From: an uncultured Candidatus Saccharibacteria bacterium
GTDB lineage: Bacteria > Patescibacteriota > Minisyncoccia > Phycocordibacterales > DATDWN01
Length of the DNA: 64,000 bases
NCBI GenBank assembly: GCA_964469605.1
Contig: CAYXZA010000003.1
Location: 3,721 to 67,720, forward strand
Reading direction: 5' to 3'
Shown here: one piece after another, positions 60,292 through 64,000 of the stretch
Layout: each line of letters starts with the position of its first letter
How positions within the stretch are numbered: position 1 is the first letter of the stretch
Notes under the pieces: model-generated
What the model was told of the DNA's origin: nothing
Seen by the model: only the letters and a program-made list of their open reading frames with translations
Databases searched by the model: none
Program-made: the position numbers and the translations under genes

Positions 60292-60466
60292 CAAAGCTAG
60301 AAGCGAAGCGAAAGCTTTGCTTGGAGAAGCAAATTGAAAATTTGCGTCAGGGACGAGAACGGTTTGCCGGTCTACGAAGTCAGCAGACTTTGTCGGCAAA
60401 CCGGTGCCCAGAATTTTTCTCGCGACGGCGAGAAAAATTCGAAGGAGAGTCCCTGTCTCCCAGCCA
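60292..60466 (+). repeat. tRNA-trailer structured element (Gln unit)
   Basis: TTGGAGA-A[hairpin]GT-CAGGGAC antisense arm; conserved core; GAGTCCCTGTCTCCCAGC copy at 60447-60464. Confidence 0.92.
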
Positions 60467-60511
60467 GCTTGAGATATGTTTGGAGTTCGAGGAACCTCAA
60501 ACTTTAAGAAT

Positions 60512-61027
60512 ATGGATTTAAAAGAAGAAATTAAAAAACACACATCAGAGGTCAGAGGTTTACCAATATGGATTCAGTGGGGTGTTGCCGTTGCAACTAT
60601 ATTTGGAACGATCTTCGGTGGTTGGGGTGTTTATATTGTTCTAACCCAAAATGAACCAATTGTAGTGCCAATAACTTCGAGTGGTGAAAATGTATCAAGT
60701 ACTCCAAGTCTTTCGGACATACTTTCAAAAGCGTTAGCATTAGAAACAGTTATTGAGAGGCAGGATTTTCTTAACAAATACAAAGACAGTGTCGTGCGCG
60801 GAGAAGGAACTGTCGAGGAAGTAAGTCGCTCGGGAAGTGGTTTCTTAGTTGATATTAAGGTTGTTGGACAAACAATAACTTGCTCTCAAGAATCAAATGA
60901 AAATATCGAGAAACAGCTATTACTTCTCCAGAACAAGAAAGTCCAATTTTATGGAAAATTCCCATTCACAAACATATTTGGGCACGGGCTAGCAATTGAT
61001 GATTGTGTCCTCTCGCGTATCCAATAG
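60512..61027 (+). CDS. Hypothetical membrane-anchored protein, possibly OB-fold
   Basis: One TM; VRGEGTVEEV...KVQFYGKF. Confidence 0.7.
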   Translation: MDLKEEIKKHTSEVRGLPIWIQWGVAVATIFGTIFGGWGVYIVLTQNEPIVVPITSSGENVSSTPSLSDILSKALALETVIERQDFLNKYKDSVVRGEGTVEEVSRSGSGFLVDIKVVGQTITCSQESNENIEKQLLLLQNKKVQFYGKFPFTNIFGHGLAIDDCVLSRIQ

Positions 61028-61053
61028 ATTTATTCCGAGGAGTATCAAAATTT

Positions 61054-61491
61054 ATGAAAAAAGTAACAAACAAGGAATCGGGTAATTCAGGGGAGCAAGA
61101 GATTGTTGATCTTGTTCCGTGTCCGAATTGTGGTAAGAAACTAATGAAGCTCCCACCAAACTATCCTTTGTATGATGTTCAGTGCACGGGCTGTTCATTT
61201 CGTGCTCAAGTAAAAACAAATCATAGTGAGCCCAAGGCTGTAGTTTTTGGTGCTGGATGGCAAATAATGAATAAAGTATTGAAGTCGGGGTATATGACAC
61301 CACCATTGTTTTTGAATTTTAAGTGGTCTGAAAAAGGTACAGTAAAACAAGAAGTAAGATTTTATCCATTTGTTCCCAAAAAGAATCTTTCTAATTATCG
61401 TCTTTCTGAAACAGCTAGGCGGGCAAATTATGAAATGTTTACTTACACAGGAATGGACAAACTCCCATATTTTTTAGTTCATAAAAAATGA
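61054..61491 (+). CDS. DpnI-like PD-(D/E)XK catalytic-domain protein
   Basis: GE...CPNCG...NYPLYDVQCTGC...QVK...GAGW; RLSETARRA. Confidence 0.7.
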   Translation: MKKVTNKESGNSGEQEIVDLVPCPNCGKKLMKLPPNYPLYDVQCTGCSFRAQVKTNHSEPKAVVFGAGWQIMNKVLKSGYMTPPLFLNFKWSEKGTVKQEVRFYPFVPKKNLSNYRLSETARRANYEMFTYTGMDKLPYFLVHKK

Positions 61492-62186
61492 GTAAAATTC
61501 AGAATGACATTTTAAGCTACCGAGAGATGTGCGATGTTGAAAAAGTCCAGACGCTTCAGCGTGGTATGAATTTTAGAATGAAACCGACCTATTCTGTCAT
61601 TCTTATGTCCCAGAGATCAAATGCGCCATATCAAGACAAGATCCATGAAGATGGAATAACTATTGAATATGAAGGACATGATGTTTCTAAGAGAGCTCAT
61701 GACCACAACCCAAAGATTGAAGATCAGGCCGAAAAATTACCTTCTGGTCGACTAACTCAAAATGGGTACTTCATAAAAGCCGCTAAGGATTACAAAGAAA
61801 GTGGTACCACACCAGAATTGGTAAAAGTCTACGAAAAAGTATTTCCGGGCGTATGGTCAATGAAGGGATTTTTTGATCTTGTAGATTACAAGATCGTAAA
61901 TGATGGAAAGAGAAACGTCTTTCGCTATATTTTAAGACTCTCTGATCGTAGTGAGATCTCTACAAGTATTACAAAAAATATTGAGCATACGCGTCTAATA
62001 CCCTCAGGTGTAAAAAGAGAAGTTTGGAAACGAGATCAAGGAAAATGTGTTATCTGCGGGGATGATAAGAATTTACACTTCGATCACGATTTACCATTTT
62101 CAAGAGGTGGAACCAGTCTATCAGTAAAGAATGTTCGATTGCTTTGTATAAAACACAATCTCCAGAAGTCAGACAAAATTGAGTAG
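61488..62186 (+). CDS. SRA-like domain plus HNH endonuclease
   Basis: SVILMS..PYQD..IEYEGHD..DQ..N (SRA-like); RDQGKCVIC..HFDH..GG..NVRLLC..HN..K. Confidence 0.85.
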   Translation: MSKIQNDILSYREMCDVEKVQTLQRGMNFRMKPTYSVILMSQRSNAPYQDKIHEDGITIEYEGHDVSKRAHDHNPKIEDQAEKLPSGRLTQNGYFIKAAKDYKESGTTPELVKVYEKVFPGVWSMKGFFDLVDYKIVNDGKRNVFRYILRLSDRSEISTSITKNIEHTRLIPSGVKREVWKRDQGKCVICGDDKNLHFDHDLPFSRGGTSLSVKNVRLLCIKHNLQKSDKIE

Positions 62187-62279
62187 ATAAAGTCGTTCCG
62201 AGGAGCTTCGAAATGATAGAACAAAAGTAACAAAAAAGACTTGTGGGGCTTGATAGGTAAATTTACGAAACCGAAGTGT

Positions 62280-62327
62280 CCAGTAAAGCCACAAGTGAAG
62301 CGAAAGCTTTGCAAGGAGGTGCAAATT
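62280..62327 (+). repeat. Degenerate direct repeat of the tRNA-Gln end and trailer (island right boundary)
   Basis: 40/48 identity to 60288-60335. Confidence 0.8.
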
Positions 62328-62459
62328 TAAATATTTCATCTTCGAAAACTATATGTGTTTTTTTATGATACAATCAAAATGTTATTAATAAAATTTATAT
62401 AGGATTTTACAAACCATTACAATGGATTTAGTTTTAAGATTTAAGTGAGTTAAATAATC

Positions 62460-63188
62460 ATGGTTAATCATATTGCAAAAATAAATAATGCTAAATATAG
62501 CCAAGAGGGAGCTTTTGATTATCTCTCTGGTAAATGGCACAAAATAAGAATCCAAAAGAGTTTGGAAATGATACATCAATATGCTCAAGGTAAAACAAGT
62601 CTACGAGCACTAGATATTGGCTGTGGAGATGGTGCTGTGGCAAAATATATAAAAGATTTAGGATGCGAAGTTCATGGGATGGATATATCATCTTTGGCTC
62701 TTAATCAAGCTGAAACGAAAGGTATCTATACAAAAATAGGTAATGTGCAGGAAAAGTTGCCTTACGATCAAAATTATTTTGATGTCGTATTTGCTGGAGA
62801 GGTGATAGAACATATTGCGGATCCGCGATATTTTATATGTGAAGTAAATAGAATTATAAAGAAAGATGGTTTATTTGTAGTAACCACTCCAAATCTTGCA
62901 GGATTAGATAACCGTTTTAAATTACTTTTTGGAAAAATTCCGCGTTGTATTGATCCTCTCAGTAGTCATCATTATCAACATGTGCGACCATTTACTTTTG
63001 AGTCTTTAAAACAAATGGTGGAGAATGGTGGTTTTACAATAAGACACTTCACGACTAATCGAATTAAAACAGGTATATTTGGTGATTGGTATTTTCTCAA
63101 TGACCTCTTGCCTAGTATCGGAGCTACTTTGATAATTGGATGTGTTAAAAAAGAGGTGGTGTCTGATATTGAATTAAATGAAGATTAG
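62460..63188 (+). CDS. Class I SAM-dependent methyltransferase
   Basis: LDIGCGDG, FDVVFAGEVIEH, TTPN. Confidence 0.92.
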   Translation: MVNHIAKINNAKYSQEGAFDYLSGKWHKIRIQKSLEMIHQYAQGKTSLRALDIGCGDGAVAKYIKDLGCEVHGMDISSLALNQAETKGIYTKIGNVQEKLPYDQNYFDVVFAGEVIEHIADPRYFICEVNRIIKKDGLFVVTTPNLAGLDNRFKLLFGKIPRCIDPLSSHHYQHVRPFTFESLKQMVENGGFTIRHFTTNRIKTGIFGDWYFLNDLLPSIGATLIIGCVKKEVVSDIELNED

Positions 63189-63349
63189 TGTGAATTTCTT
63201 TATGTAACTTTAAAATATCAAGAAATTGAATGATAATGGCAAGATAACAGTATTAATCACTATTTATTAGGAAAATAGCATTTCTACAATCTTTGCTAAT
63301 TTATTTTGAATATTAAGTCAATGTTTCTTTTATTTGATATAATATTTAT

Positions 63350-63730
63350 ATGTTACTTATTAAAACCATAGTAAAAGAAAGTAGTATTCATGGACTCGGT
63401 CTTTTTGCTGATCAGGATATTTTCAAAGGGGTACAAATTTGGAAATTTTCTCCGGGATTAGATTTGGAAATTAGTCCATCTGATTTTGAAAAACTTTCTC
63501 AGTATGAAAAAGATTTTATTAACTTCTACGGATTCAGAAGTAAGAAAACAGATAACTATCATTTATCTTTTGATAATGTCAGATTTGTTAATCATTCAAA
63601 ATATGGAAATATTACACTAGATATGTCAGTTGATGATATTGAGTATCCACTAGTTGCTTCACAGGATATTAAATCTGGAGAAGAAATAACTCAAAACTAT
63701 TTTGAATTTGATGATAATCATACATTTTAA
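63350..63730 (+). CDS. SET-domain protein
   Basis: SSIHGLGLFA, RFVNHS, DIKSGEEITQNY. Confidence 0.93.
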   Translation: MLLIKTIVKESSIHGLGLFADQDIFKGVQIWKFSPGLDLEISPSDFEKLSQYEKDFINFYGFRSKKTDNYHLSFDNVRFVNHSKYGNITLDMSVDDIEYPLVASQDIKSGEEITQNYFEFDDNHTF

Positions 63731-63894
63731 AATTTCCTAATGGCATCCAAGTTGTAAAAGATAGGATTGAAAAGAAAAAATGGCTTAAAAAATGGCCAAA
63801 GCTAACTTTAAGGATTTAATGTTATGGAGGTTCCAATTTTATTAAAGATAATTTCAAACCAAAGTTAATATGTTAGAATAAATATAATCAACAT

Positions 63895-64000
63895 ATGAAA
63901 ATAGTTATAGGTACAACAAGTGAATTAAAAATTAGAGCATTAAAAAATGCTCTGGAAAAACTCAAATTTGAAAGTGAAGTTGTATCTATGAAAACTCAAT
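63895..64000 (+). CDS. Partial ORF, YjjX/DUF84-like nucleotide phosphatase N-terminus
   Basis: MKIVIGTTSELKIRALKNAL...; cut by the window edge. Confidence 0.6.
   Translation, partial: MKIVIGTTSELKIRALKNALEKLKFESEVVSMKTQ

Noticed and set aside
60292-60466. Trailer units as tRNA introns or as known hammerhead/HDV-like (theta) ribozymes
   Set aside because: The upstream tRNAs are already complete, and I find no group I/II, CUGANGA/GAAA or HDV pseudoknot consensus by eye. A formal Rfam scan is still needed.
1-64000. Alternative genetic code (TGA read as Gly or Trp)
   Set aside because: Conserved genes are full length under the standard code, and TGA ends genes such as clpB and rnhB at the expected positions.

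Overview
AT-rich, compact bacterial chromosome segment. Gene content points to a Patescibacteria/CPR (Parcubacteria-like) genome; this is inferred from the short IF2, short SMC, single-chain PheRS, split transketolase, NusB-Nudix fusion and DUF192, not from a marker search. Core genes: rpmE, prfA, rpsB, tsf, pheS, nrdAB, a gap/rpiB/rpe/tkt/fba cluster, tsaD, rbfA, infB, clpB, dnaE, rnhB, rpmF, nusB, rnc, smc, rnr, dnaX, plus nine tRNA genes. The main discovery candidate is a family of ~145-205 bp structured elements directly downstream of tRNA-Glu, -Leu(TAG) (x2), -Tyr (x2), -Gln and, as a divergent form, -Thr. A typical unit has a hairpin, an antisense copy of its own tRNA's 3' arm split by an inserted hairpin at the acceptor/T-stem junction, a shared core with covarying stems and conserved loops (GGTCTAC, CAGCAG, GGTGNCCA, GAC), and a direct copy of the tRNA 3' end. 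Cargo cassettes follow some units, including a DpnI-like plus SRA-HNH island separated by recombinase-like 18-bp sites. Other notable items: a small GIY-YIG gene between tRNA-Cys and a partial tRNA-Cys copy with a palindrome in the anticodon, a TTTATT-flanked MITE family, GC-rich cassettes behind a duplicated promoter, two orphan ncRNA candidates, a twin CCHC zinc-knuckle protein and a class Ic-type NrdB. All calls are by eye from the sequence; no database searches were run.
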